From Haliotis cracherodii (lineage: Eukaryota): a stretch of 64,000 nucleotides of DNA. Below are positions 25,400 through 38,420 of this stretch, one piece after another. Numbering within the stretch: position 1 is the stretch's first letter; each line of letters opens with the position of its first letter. The notes under the pieces were generated by a model. It was not told the origin of the DNA and made no database searches. It worked only from the letters and a program-made list of their open reading frames with translations. The position numbers and the translations under genes were made by a program. The DNA lies in the NCBI RefSeq assembly GCF_022045235.1, contig NW_027266308.1, positions 58,900,001-58,964,000 on the forward strand. The letters are read 5' to 3'.

Positions 25400-25823
25400 C
25401 ATGCATGTCGCCATGAAATTGCAACGATATCAAACGCGACGTGTAACCCCATTTCTCCTCACCTAGCTTTAAATGTTAAATGTATGTGCCACTGTTCTTA
25501 CAAAACAGTAACACATCATATACAAGATTAATGATATAGTTATGTCGCATATATTCTCCAACATTATAAAACACGGATCTCTTGTTTATGGCGTGATTCA
25601 CAAACACAAAAAGATAATATTTACGTATCACGATACAAGTGTTTCTGCATCCATAAAAGTATGTATACTGCGCAATACATGTCATTCAAACAACTTGTTG
25701 ATCAACCAGCAAACCACGACATGCTCCTGGCAATGGTTATAGTAATTCACATGCATAAAATATGCATATTGAGCGTGACACATCATGGGTAATTATACCG
25801 CGGTTTGTTTATCCTGTCTTTTG

Positions 25824-26010
25824 TGACGTCACGAAGCAGGTTCTGCAAGGCGTGAAAGAGATAAAATATGACATATTGTGTATGATAAATGAGAACTAGG
25901 TCAGGCATGACGTTACACGTGTGTCTATATAATAAGAGAGTGGACGATCATCAGGAAACGTCACCATACAAGAGTATAATATTCGTTAACACCACTGGTC
26001 TGATGTAAGT
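25824..26010 (+). promoter_or_regulatory. Putative promoter and non-coding first exon of Kunitz gene A
   Basis: Perfect CRE TGACGTCA 25824-25831, TATATAA 25926-25932, GTAAGT donor at 26005, acceptor at 26687 just before the ATG. Confidence 0.5.
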
Positions 26011-26354
26011 ATAACAATTGTCATTCTTTGTGCATTTATTACTTCTTAAGTTAATGTCGCACGTGTTATGATTAATACATACAAGGAACAAACATTATTC
26101 CTTACTTTTAACAGGAAGAGAATTAATTGATGCCAACCTCTTTATTATGAGGAACAAAACGTTAGGGAGTATATATTGACTCCTTCATCGGGTGAATAAA
26201 TGCTATGGAGCAGAGAACTGCAACGTGTTGGATACCATTTATCGATTACTAATCACCTGTTAGCGTCAATTAACTGTTGTCATCCCTTCTTAGGTTTCCA
26301 CCTTTGCTATATTATTACTTTTGTTGTTCTTACGAGTACATACATATGTACCAA

Positions 26355-26620
26355 AAGCCGTTGAAAGATGACACTTGTTGTTACCCTGCCTGGCGCTCGG
26401 CATGAAGGGGCTAAAACAAGGAATGGTCGGCTCGGAGTCAGTATACTGTCTGAGTGGGGTAGTCATCTTAAAACTGCGGCATGGTATCTCAGTGGTCTAG
26501 AACTATAAAATCGGCATTTATTCCGGACTGGTACAAGCAGCCACACAATCGCGTGAATGCACCTCACAATAAGTGCAATAATTTTAAACGCGACATTAAA
26601 ACCCATTTCACCCCACCTCA
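26355..26620 (+). mobile_element. SINE family A (5' truncated)
   Basis: ACTTGTTGTTACCCTGCCTGGCGCTCGGCA core and downstream body as in 45094-45336. Confidence 0.8.
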
Positions 26621-26694
26621 ACACAATTGGCCCATAACGATCCAACACATATGACTATTTAATCTGATAACGTTTAATTGTTTTCAGATTCACT

Positions 26695-29600
26695 ATGACA
26701 TCACACGGTATAGTACCGTTTACCATTCTTACGTGTGTCAGCGTTGCTCTGGTGTCTGGCGACGATGCATCAATGACGACAATGCCATCTTCTGTGGACA
26801 CGCCAACCCCAATTCCGAGCATGGACTGGCAAGGTAGATAACAGTAAATGTAGACTTTGATAGGCATTTAGAAGTTGGAAGAACATGAATATATGACGCA
26901 TTTTCATGGATAGCAACTTCCTTTTTTCTTTGTACGACGTTCCAGAGCTACTTTTTGTTCCTTTATCATTCGCTGATGAAGGAGCAAGCAGTAGCTCTAA
27001 AACGTCGTACAAAGAATAAAAGAAGTCGCTATCCATAAAAACGTGGCTTGTATTCAAAAGTAAATATGTTTTTTGTAAAACTTCCAATTCCTACAAACGT
27101 TGTTTCTCCTGTACAATTAAAAATATGTAATCTGTCTGGTAATATTGTTTATCATATAATGGGTAGGTTTCTCGGCAGGATAAACCCAACGGATAAAAAC
27201 GATATCCGTTGGGGTCATATGCGGATAGAGATGCACATATCAAAGGACAAGTATGGACTACTTTCACTGTTTATAAACAAACAAGTCGGCGATCGAGTCA
27301 GAATTAACCATCGGGAATATGGATAAACTACAGGGATAATTGCTATCATTATCAAAAGAACAGTCTAATATACTGACAATCAGTGTCTCACTGTGACGGA
27401 GCTAAGGTATTTTATAAGTTTTGGCAACTTTGGAGATATATAAATTTCGAAAGATTTGCGAGGGCACGAGTCCTAGCCAAGCGGGATCAGTAGCCATATC
27501 TGTGCTTGTAGACCTCTGCGGCTTGAAAAAAGTTGGATTTGGCCGAAATATGTTTGAATTGTTACCTTGTTTCTTTTTGTCGCTGTGTGTACATCTGACT
27601 ACACTTCTTAACGTTATGACAGGACAGATCGACTGTCAACAACATCTGACCGTGGCCGTGACGTCTCATAGACTAGGGTTAGAGTAGCTTCCCTTTGACA
27701 AAGGGCAGTTACTCCAGCTGACAGACCCATGGATTGCCGCGAAATTGTTGTGTTGCGTTTATGTTGCTTCGCCACTGTATAAGAAATAGATTTCAGTTGG
27801 AGCTATATTGGCTACTGTCACTGTCCGACTGACACACCACTTACCCTGTGACGTAATAAGTATTAATGCGCTCATTCCAGGAAAACTCGCAACGTTTCGG
27901 TAATGTTTGTGAGAGAGTGAAAGCGATTTTGAAGTACAGAATTAAAGAGTGACATTATATGATAAAGAGGTTATCACGCTTGTGTGTTTGGGGATGGTAA
28001 ATACAATAAGGCTCGCTAAATACAATTTTTATTCCTAATGCAGGATATTTCCCATCCCCAAACACACTCGCGTGATAACCTCTATTTATTGGCCTGTACT
28101 ATGGATGGAATCGACTGATTTGCTTATTTATATTGTGCCAGGAGATACTAAGTGTTTTCGAACATTCGACTTGATCATTTGTAGTGATGTGTTCTTTCTG
28201 TATATAAGTAATGACTTCAGAACCATTGGCTTTTGGCAGGTCCCCGCCCATTTCGTGGCTTTGGCCGTATATTCCGACCCTTCCGATGCCTGATAGGGTG
28301 TCGGTTTGGCAACGCCCCGTCTGACTGTACGTGTCCACGTCGACCAGAATATACCTGTGCTGTGAGTAGAATGGTAGCTTCTCTCTTTAGCAAATTGAAA
28401 TGTAATTTTAGAATCAAGGTGACATATTTACTCTGAATGCCGTTCTATTTACTTCAGTTTTTATCATTTGCAAGGTGGGGCACAAGTACTGACGTTGTCC
28501 TCTGGGTTTGTTTTGTTGGAATGAAGTATTGTACTGAATGAGGTCGATCTAATGCCAAGTCTTTTTGTTGTTTTTTGTTACATAAGCGGAAAGTCACTAT
28601 ATGGCTGGAAAATTGCCGATGTGACTTTAAATATTAACTCACTCACATAAGCGGAAAGTCGGTGGTTCGATCCCGAGTTGCGTCATACCACACGACGCTA
28701 AGTGCAATAATTTTTTACATTTAAATATGACAACCCCTCTGCAGGAGGTCACGCCAGATGAACGTTCTAATCAGCTCGCTGACATGGCAGTTTTTGATAT
28801 CTCGTTTCAACGAAATCATCCAGAACAACTTATCGGTATTCTGTATTTCATAACCATGCCAAATCTCTGGTGCTCTGCGATTCCGACTACAGTATACTGA
28901 TGTGTTTATGAATCAACATACCATGTGTTCGCTATATAAAGGGAGCACCTGTCACAAACACATGCATATGCAAGTCAATTATTCACCACCTCCCCTAACG
29001 TGACTCCTATTGAGGGTTTATCATATTTTGACTGTTATCAATTAGAACCACAGAGTCCGTTCAGGCAATGGTTTCCTATCGTTTAATGTGTACCCATAAT
29101 GTGTTTCAGCAATTGAAATGTACAGATGACAAGGTGTGTAAGGTGTTGTTTGGCCGATTCCCCCGCTGTGTTAGAGATCAGGCAGGTAAGTCGCACAGCG
29201 TCTCCAAATGATCGTAGTGTAGCAATAGTATTATTCATCACATACTTTTACAAATCTACACTGTTACTGTCGTCTTATTAAAATCTTAATGCAACACGGG
29301 GTCCTGTCATGCAATAGAGATGTTAAAAACCATTTAAATGAAATATAAATATTGCCAATGCAAGAGAATATCCACTCTAGATTATCCTCCGAAACAGATT
29401 CCATTTGGCGTCAAGGGCAAAATAGCTTTGAAAATTATATGAATGGACCACTGGAAGTCAGTGATGACACCAGGTGTTGGCGAAGAGGGTGAGCATCTCC
29501 TGCCCTAACACATTGAACACCGCAAAAAACCTGATCAGGTGCCTGGACACCTCGCCTATATTTCTTAAAAGAATATTTTTCTCTACCTATGATTCCAGAG

Positions 29601-30351
29601 CTTGGACCGGTTTTATCCGGATTGATAGATTGATAAGAATATTATTGAATTTTCAAACTTCATTTATCTGATCTCACAACTGTACGAGACACAATTTCCT
29701 TACCATAAGGCATAACGTACCGTTGCTGTGTAACATATATTTTGCAGGGTTTGTAGGGATTGTTACATGCTGGTATTGTCATTGTTTGTACGTGCTTGTC
29801 ATTCCATTCCCTTTGACAATCCGAGTTAGATTTGGCCTCCTTAACTCATGCGACTAACGGGTTCGGGTGGGCAGGCTCTTGGTTGACGCATGTCATCGCA
29901 TCCCAATTACGTTGATCCATGCTCATGATGTCAATTACTGGATCGTCTGTTGCTATCGCTTCTTGCCGTTTGGTATTTTCTTGAAGATGTTTTGTTATTA
30001 ACTGTAAATTTCTCAGTTAACTTGTCAATGGAGACTCGTTTCGGAAAGCGCCATTTTTGTTATTTGACCAGCGTGCATTCCTTCGCTTCCAACAATTTTC
30101 TCGATGTGAGTAACATAATATTTGACTCGACACAAGAAATAGCCTATTTTTATACATCTGTAGTTTGTGAACTGAGCAAGGACGCAGGGACATGTTCAGA
30201 GCTGGTGCACCGTTTCTACTACAACAAAGCCACCAGAAGGTGCGAGGAGTTCCACTATGGCGGCTGCGGAGGAAACGGAAACAACTTCCGGAACAAGAGG
30301 GCGTGTATGAGAACCTGTAGGAAGAGAGGCGCCTTCTTTAACAGACCTTAA
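26695..30351 (+). CDS. Secreted FOLN + BPTI/Kunitz domain protein A (174 aa, 4 coding exons)
   Basis: Exons 26695-26833, 28240-28361, 29110-29185, 30164-30351; all GT-AG, phases 1-0-1, frame open. MTSHGIVPFTILTCVSVALVSG...GPRPFRGFGRIFRPFRCLIGCRFGNAPSDCTCPRRPEYTCA|QLKCTDDKVCKVLFGRFPRCVRDQA|[52 protein letters not shown]. Kunitz signature FxYGGCxGNxNNF; AATAAA 30510. Confidence 0.88.
27966..28082. mobile_element. Fold-back / MITE-like palindrome
   Basis: About 37-bp arms AGAGGTTATCACGCTTGTGTGTTTGGGGATGGTAAATA and TATTTCCCATCCCCAAACACACTCGCGTGATAACCTCT. Confidence 0.7.
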
Positions 30352-32014
30352 CATTGTAACTGTAGTAAATCCATGCTTTACTTGAATTCCATGTAGACCA
30401 GAGCCGTATTGTCGTATCCACATAAAGTTGATCACACGTCATGCATCATTGCCAAAAATTGAAAAATAACTTGAGTATTGTCTTGAATATTGTCCATCAA
30501 TCGTTTTACAATAAAATGTGTTAATTTGGAATATTTTGTTTTTGAATGCCTCGTGATTAATACGCAGATTCGCCAAGGTATAAATCCTTGAATCGATCTG
30601 TCAGGTACAGGCCCATGGTCATTTACATTGAAACAAACGCTGATCTCAAGCCAAAATGCCCCTTCCTCCCTCTTATTTACGAGGGAATAAGTGAATATAT
30701 AATCTTTCCCACTTATACGAACGCCGACATTTCTGACTGTCAAGCTCTGACATTTGTGCTGTGTCGCCTTAGCTGAGTGATGGCTGGTGATTATTACAGT
30801 GATGTCAGACTCAAGCAAACTTGACAAACAGAATTTAGAGTCAGACTGGTTCTGTCTTGACAATAATCTGCAGTCAAGTATAACTGGAGGTTGATTTATA
30901 GCAAGATTGACCAATGAACAACCGCCTTTTAGCATAGGTCTCTAGCTTATAATATTTATAATATTTTATTTTTCAAACATGTGATGTTTTCCCATAATTA
31001 TTATGATGAATATCAGGATTTTAAAAAGTTGAAATTTACCATGCTCAGGGCATGGCGCGACCAGCCGATTGATAGAACCGGGCCCATTCTAACACCCGTC
31101 CAGGTGAACTTAGGGTCCAAGTGGTGTGTTGGGCAAAGGAACCGGTACCGTCCTCTTGGAACCAGACTACCTTCTTCCACCGACAGAGGGGCGCAACTCA
31201 CGACAAACTGGTTGCCCAAGTTTGTCGCCTCTTTCGACAAGCAGTAAGGTACTCGTACTGGGGACACATTCTACGCCGGGTCCCCACGAGGCAGCACTGA
31301 AAGATATCATTATTATGTTAAAACATTTCTTCGGTTTGACACATGGATTACGTTCTTCTTATTCCGGGTAGGAATATAGATCCCTCACAACCTCTGATTG
31401 TCATATAAATCGCCTAATTGATCGGGCGGTTAGACTCAGTGACTTAGATGACTGCATGTCCAAACTGCGTGGATCGATGCTCTGGATTCTCTGATCCATA
31501 TTATATCATTACACAGAACACCATTTTATATTAGAAATATATGCGCTGAAGAACAAACAAACATTTTCGTTTTCATAAGAAATGTCTGCCAAAATTGCAC
31601 AATTCCAGCAATATCATGAGCAAGCGTCCATGAATCACCATCAATAGGTGATGATACCAGGTGGTCGCGACACGGTGAGCGAATCCTGCCCCACCGGTGG
31701 TACCGCAAATAACTGAAGCAAATGCAGGACTTCAATTGTTCACCTGGAAAAAAAACCCCGAAACGTATGGTGAACGTAAGTTAAAATAGGGAATAACATC
31801 TGACACCATTTATGTCACTGATGCGGTTACAGGAAGCATATGAACATAGCACACGTTGGTAGCATGAAGCGTGGAATGGCAAATAAGGTTGAACACAAAG
31901 AGACGATGGAAAAAACAAGAAGCACGGGAATGGTGGCAGTGAGAAATCGAACGTGTCAGCTAAATGTGGGAGGAAAACCCGAAGTTTTGATGTCTCAGTT
32001 GTTTAACATTTTGG

Positions 32015-32061
32015 GTGAAATAGGGTTTAACGTCGCTTCAAAATTATTGCACTTATATAGC

Positions 32062-32123
<62 letters not shown>

Positions 32124-32379
32124 TGTGTGTCTGTGTGTTGGGGCTGCTTGTACTAGTCCGGAATGTTGCCGATTTATAGTGCTAGCCCACTGAGATACCA
32201 TGCCGAAGTTTAACATGAATATCCCACTCAGACATAGTATAATGATTCCGAGCCGACCAGTCCTTGTTTTAGCCTCTTAATGCCGAGCGCAAGGCAGGGT
32301 AACAACAAGTACCACCTTTCAACGTCTTTTGATATGACGCGGCCGGTCGGACGCTCTTCCACTAGACCAAGGAGGCGGT
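32015..32379 (-). mobile_element. SINE family A with internal (CA)n
   Basis: Reverse complement of the family A head and core; (GT)n at 32065-32135. Confidence 0.85.
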
Positions 32380-33841
32380 CCTGTTGAGACTACAGTCGAC
32401 TGCTAGTATATCATAAGCATGTGTTTCTGAATCACTATGAAATAGTGATGATACCAGATGTTCGCAGAAATGTGAGCGTATCCTGCCCCGGCGGTGGCAC
32501 TCGTCACAAACACATGCAAAGGGAAGTCAATTGTTCAGCTGAAAAAACAGGGAATTGCATAGGACATCACGTTTGTCACGAATTAGTCAAATTTGGAAAT
32601 GTCCCCAAAATGTCTTCCATAAAGCGTTTTGAAAGTTTTACTGAGGCCTTGACTGATGTGACCTTGATCTAACAACTTCTGAGCAAGAGTCGTATGACGC
32701 TCACGAACAACGTATGATGTTTTCAAATGGAGGATTCCAACCCACGATCATAGGATGCTGGCATGTCTAAGGGGCGCAACTCTGCAAATTAATCGCAACG
32801 TCTTAGACGATCTGGCAATCCGTGGCCCCAACCTGCTTGTCTGACAGTATGTGGTGAAACATTTCCTAATATTTTTTGAATGTAGGTGATAAAGCGCCAT
32901 TGGACATGAATTAAAAACTTTGTATGGAATACATTTAGATGAGGTTTCTATGCGAGCCATGCTCTGCATTAACGATTTAGACCTCTTCCACTGGCCCACA
33001 CCCTCAGGAAAGACACCTGCAACCGTTTTAAAAAAAAGTCACTAGTTGACGTAGCCAAGGGCCATTTTATGACGTGAAGGCCGTATATTTATAGGTTTAA
33101 AGTGGCTGTCTACTATCGACACTGCATTCCAAACCGGATTCACACAATGTTGACAATATGCAGCTGTTACGTGCAGTAAGCTTGAGAACTAACCTACCGG
33201 GTAAAATAAAGTATACATTCATGTTTGATGATGGCTAAAAATCAACCAAACAAGAAATGCTCATTCAACGGTGAAGTATTTGATACGGGTATAAAAGTTA
33301 TGTTTTTGGACTGAGAGATTGTAGTGTTTCAGTGGCTGTTTGTAAAAAAATGTTTGGTCAAATTGAATTTCCAAGTTAATGCTTTCGTTTGACAGACAGT
33401 TTAGTTACAGGCTTGAGTATTAGTATGTTTTAAAGACAAATAGTTTTCGATTGATCTACGTAAGTACCCATTCCTCTCCCCTTTACACATATCCCGTATG
33501 GAATTTGGGTTAGAATAGGGCCCCAGAAATTGATGCTGGTCGCAAGAGGCGACTTAATGAATCGGGTGTTCAGGCTCAGTGACTTGGTTTGATGGCATGT
33601 CGTAGTTCCCCGACGACAGGGAACTTTGCTCGACATGTTTAAACTTTTTGCGAACACCTGGTGTCATCACTGTTTTTATTGATTCTTTCATGTGATTTTT
33701 TTCACTATCTCGGCAGATAATCAAAACTGATTATTTTTACATTAATAATTTGTATGGATTGTCGGTTCCAGAGTGGATTATTTGCAGGTCGCCACCATTT
33801 ACAAACAAACAATACATACATCTCACGCGCGCGCACGCACG

Positions 33842-33875
<34 letters not shown>

Positions 33876-34778
33876 ATAAGTACAAAACACAGTTAACTGA
33901 AAGAAATTCAAATACTGTTTGTCAAATTCGAATACTGTTTACTGCAGGGTTTAGATTTCCAGTTTTAATAGACCATCGACAGACGTAGTGTGTAACTAAT
34001 TTAATGTTTTGATCTACTTATAATTATCACTTCCCAAACATTCATGGAAAGACCAATTTTGCTTGCAACTAAACTTTTGAATCAAGGTCAGATCCCACCA
34101 TCACCCAAACACCCAGAATATGAAATATTCTCTCCCTAATCCTTTTGCATTTTGGGTCAAGCTCGTGGGGTTCAGATGGGATTATGGTTTATGCTATGTA
34201 GTTTTATGGCCAGTTCTGTACTGACGTGGGATTTAGTCTTTCGGTGATAAATGTCCATTTTCAAGGCAGACATCTTTGAATGATTCATGCTGGAATTTGT
34301 ATGCTGTAAAAACAGACAACACTTGACACTAATGTAAAGTGAATTTGCCATGTGACTATGTGCCTTCATACGATTCATGTAAGTATTAAGGAAATAAAGT
34401 TACGAGATTGTTTACAACGTCACATAAGTCGGACAGAACAGGGGGAGTGCAACTGTCTACGTTTCCATATCCAGTGAAGTAGCTTATTCACGTTTCCAGG
34501 TATGTACATGTACATGTAGAATGTTCTACGTAGAAAAGTCTTCTTAGATTTCAGATGATATAAATATGCAATAATCAATATAATATGTGAACGACATTTC
34601 TTACAGTTGAACAAGGTGAATATAAATGAATTGCAAGAATAGATGCAACACCGAAACATGTTAAAGTAGTATTTACACAGAAGTCGTATTCCCTTAAGTT
34701 GCATGTATTTATTACACCATTTCAAAGACTAGCAGTATCCATTATACAAACTTCAACTGTTACTTCTTCCTGTAGGTG

Positions 34779-36779
34779 ATGATGAGTAAGATGATGCTTG
34801 TCGTGGCCTTGATCATAACCTGTGCTATATCTCATGGCCATGGTGTGGCTGACACTAATGAAACCACGTCCCAGAGAAGGGCAACTTCCATGGCTTCAGC
34901 TGAAGGTGAGGATACAAAGTTAGCTGGCAATATTTATTATATATATGTTTAGAAGTAGTTATCCTGGATGTATGTAGTATTCACAAGAACGGTCAAGGGT
35001 TTAGTGATCCCAGTATATCAACACTCGTTCTTGAGGGCCGCATTTTGCATAACGGTTCGAATAACAGTCATCTAATATCTGAGACATCTTAGAATAACTA
35101 GCCTTCATGCAACAGGGGTGCAACTGTCTTGGGAGACGTAAATTTCTATTTTTTCATCAGCATAGACAACCACCGTGAAATAGTTTTGAATGTGGTACGT
35201 AGATGACCATTTTCATCACAGATGGCGTCCAGACGTACATGTACTTGATACTTTATAGGGCCTTACGTCCTGGGCTATATGAGAACAATTCGCTGTTTCT
35301 TCATCTGTCGGCGAGGTTTGACGGACACCCGCTGTGATTGTTCCAGGTGTAAGGTAAGATTTAATTGATCGATCGTATTTCATGATTTTGAATATTTCAA
35401 AGAGAGGAAAGCGGAAGTCACAAAATGTTTGGTACAAGACTATTACATTGATACGTATCGTCATTTTAAGGAAATTGCTTAAACACAATTGTACATGTAG
35501 TGCCACGCTGGTGGCTAGATGGATGGATTAGGCTCAACGGGTGTTGGTGATACAACTGATGAGAATGTTTGGCTGTATGACTGAATGCGGATCAGTATTT
35601 CAGTTATATTACGGACCGGTGAAGATCCTGATTAGAATAGGTCTTCAGCAACCCAGGCTTGCCATAAAAGGCGACTGTGCTTGTCATACGAGGCGACTAA
35701 CGAGACCGGGTGGTCAGGCTCGCTGACTGGGTTGATGCATATCATCGTTTCCCAATTCCGTAGATCGATGCTCATGATATCAATCACTGGATCGTCTGGT
35801 CCAGACTCGATTATTTACAGACCACGGTCATATAGCTGGAATATTGCTGAGTGGGGCGTTGAACAACAAACAAACAAAAGTTATAGTAGAGGGAGAAAAT
35901 CCCGACGTAATGAACGTATTATACGCTTACAACTTTAATGAAGCCCATGAGCACAGGTATGGCGCTATAAACCAAGAACCATAATAAGGGAAAACCGGGT
36001 ATTGGAACCCACGATCATAGAATTCTAGCACATCTCAGGTGGCAACCATATTTAGCGATCGGGTCAACAATAACCCATGAAATGCGTTGCAGTCAGATAA
36101 TTTCATATTACTACTTGTACGCTTACATGTCTATCTCGACCTGCACATTAGTGCTTTTGTTTTGAGTGTCTAAAAATGTCACCAGTATGTCAGTATAATA
36201 GATGGAATCGAAAACAATGAAGAATGTGCGCGGAAACGTATGCGTATCTTAAAACAATTACACATTTTCAGACTAAAGTATGCCAAGCAGGTCAGCGGTG
36301 TAAAATGAATGAGGGAAATCCAGTCTGTGTTGCTGATCGCGAAGGTAAGGGGACAGTTATACTTATGCGTCTTTCTGTTTATCAAACACAATTCATCTCA
36401 GATGCGTAATTTGAGGACGATACATGAACGCAAATACATACGAACAGAAAACACCAGCGACGACTTTTTTTTACAAGAATCTAGCCCTACGAGCAACTCA
36501 GCATCTAGAAACACTTATGTCATGAATCTGATTACATGAAAGCATCTTGACGTTTAAACTGTTTGTCATCTCAAATATGATAACCCCTGTCCCGTTTACA
36601 CAGTGTGCCAGTTGACAAGGGAACTTGGACCATGCAGAGCTCTCATGCCGCGATATTTCTACAACCAAGCCACCCGTCGATGCCAGCAGTTCTATTATGG
36701 TGGTTGTCAAGGAAACGGCAACAACTTCAAAACCCGTGGGGACTGTGTTGCTACGTGCAGGAGAAGAGGCGTTGTGTAA
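34779..36779 (+). CDS. Secreted FOLN + BPTI/Kunitz domain protein B (156 aa, 4 coding exons), P1 Arg
   Basis: Exons 34779-34905, 35259-35353, 36272-36344, 36604-36779; GT-AG, phases 1-0-1. MMSKMMLVVALIITCAISHG...GPYVLGYMRTIRCFFICRRGLTDTRCDCSRCK|TKVCQAGQRCKMNEGNPVCVADRE|[58 protein letters not shown]. Canonical six-Cys Kunitz. Confidence 0.9.
35614..35877 (+). mobile_element. SINE-like family B, full length
   Basis: GACCGGTGAAGATCC...GAGGCGACTAA...GCTGGAATATTGCTGAGT...(AAAC)n. Confidence 0.85.
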
Positions 36780-38079
36780 AAGCCATACTGACTTCATATC
36801 AAACAGAAATGAACTTTTGAAATTAGTTCATCCCACTTTGTGAAGCTGTTAATGACGATATAGCGACAATGAAGTTTCATTGGACAAATGGATAATTGAG
36901 GAAAGAAATTAAACACTTCGAATGACGTTACGTTATTGTTGGCGTTGATGTTAACTATGATAAAGTGTGATTTCATAAGATGTGGTAAATAAATTTCAGC
37001 TACCATTATTTGACCAGTTTTGAATGAGCGAGGACATACTGGATTTGTCTTGTAGCATTGGAGTGGTGGAGCGTTGGAGTGTTGGAGTTGTGTGATGAGT
37101 TCCATTGTTTTAGTTTACTTGGTGGACGTTTATAGGGACAAAACACAAGTGTTGTTCGTGTGTTTGAGAACTACCGGGTTTTCTGCTTAATGTCCGATAA
37201 GTTAGAGTTTACGTCACTAGCAGGATATAGTCTTAAAAAAATAGACATGATGGATCATACACTTACTTCATACATATCTGTGGCCCGCCACTCCTAAGGG
37301 GTTGAGTGTTAAGCCAAGGTTAAAGCTGTTGTTAATTGTTCCACAATCGGACCTTTTACATACGCACTGATTCCTGACAACGATAAAAGGTGCATAAAAC
37401 TTACACGGCATTTTATCATCAGTTCAGACGAATGGTAAAAGTGCCATTATCAAAATCCTGCTTGAGAGTGAGTGAGTGAGTTGGGTTTAACGCCACTTTT
37501 CCTGCTTGAGAAGATGATCAAAGCCTGAATCTCATGTTTGTCCAAGGTCCGAGCCTCATTGTAGCCGGGAGTGGTTCGTTATACAAACTAGTTAAATAGT
37601 TAGTGCATTTGTTTGTCACACCGAAATCCCAAATTCCATTCCCCTCATGAGTACACTATGAGAAACCCATTTTTGGTGAAACCCGCCGTGATATTGTCAG
37701 AATATTGCCAAAAGCGGCTGCGTAAAGCAATATTCACTCATCCATGATTCCGCTGCAGAAAAACACATTTACATGTTGGCACTACATTAAGTGAAATTTT
37801 GATGGTGCGGTCAACATTTTTATTAAGTTCTCTTGGTGTCACAATACAAACGATATACTGAGTTCATGTCACGACCTGGCGTCTGTCGTCGTCCATGGTT
37901 TCGTCTGTAAACATCACTACACCTATGAAGCTGAAATTTCACATATTTTTTAACACCAATGATGAGACTTGAATCCGAGTTTAAATATTTAATTTATTTA
38001 TTGTCATTATTCATACATTCATCCATATGTAATGAAATTTGGTATGTAGTAGTGGATAACAATCTGATGTTCTCCGTGT

Positions 38080-38420
38080 TAAAGTCCAGCAAGCTCATTT
38101 TATGGTCAGCCCTCCTTCTATATGATGGCCGTGGTCGTCTTTACAGACGGCGTTATGAACGTTCTGAGGCTGCAGATGTAGTCGTGCATAATCATTCTGT
38201 TGGTGGTTCCATAATGATATGCGGAGGCATTTCTTCGGTAGAATCTCAACCCACAATGCTACAGAGATGATATGAGGTACAGAGGCGCCTTGATCACCAA
38301 GAAACCAAGAAGACAATGCTCACACATACTGTGTAAATGTGGTAAATGTTTTTTTCATTCGATAACAAAGAATACACAGAATGAATTGGCATGCTTGCAC
38401 TCCTGACTTTAGTCTATGAG
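38080..38420 (+). mobile_element. Degenerate Tc1-family transposase relic
   Basis: DGRGRLYRRRYERS...VGGSIMICGGIS, then QEDNAHTY and MNWHACTPDFS. These echo the Tc1 motifs DGRxRVWRR..GGGSVMVWGxIS, QxDNAxxH and WPxxSPDLNPIE in the correct order, with stops and frameshifts. Confidence 0.75.

Larger units (their letters stand above)
18481..25667 (+). repeat. Tandem segmental duplicate, copy 3 (about 7.2 kb)
   Basis: Colinear with copies 1 and 2; similarity ends at GTATACTGCGCAAT (25663-25676). Confidence 0.95.

Noticed and set aside
29950-30163. N-terminal part of the 133-aa ORF preceding Kunitz A
   Set aside because: Intron read-through; the acceptor at 30163 and the paralogue structure define the exon.
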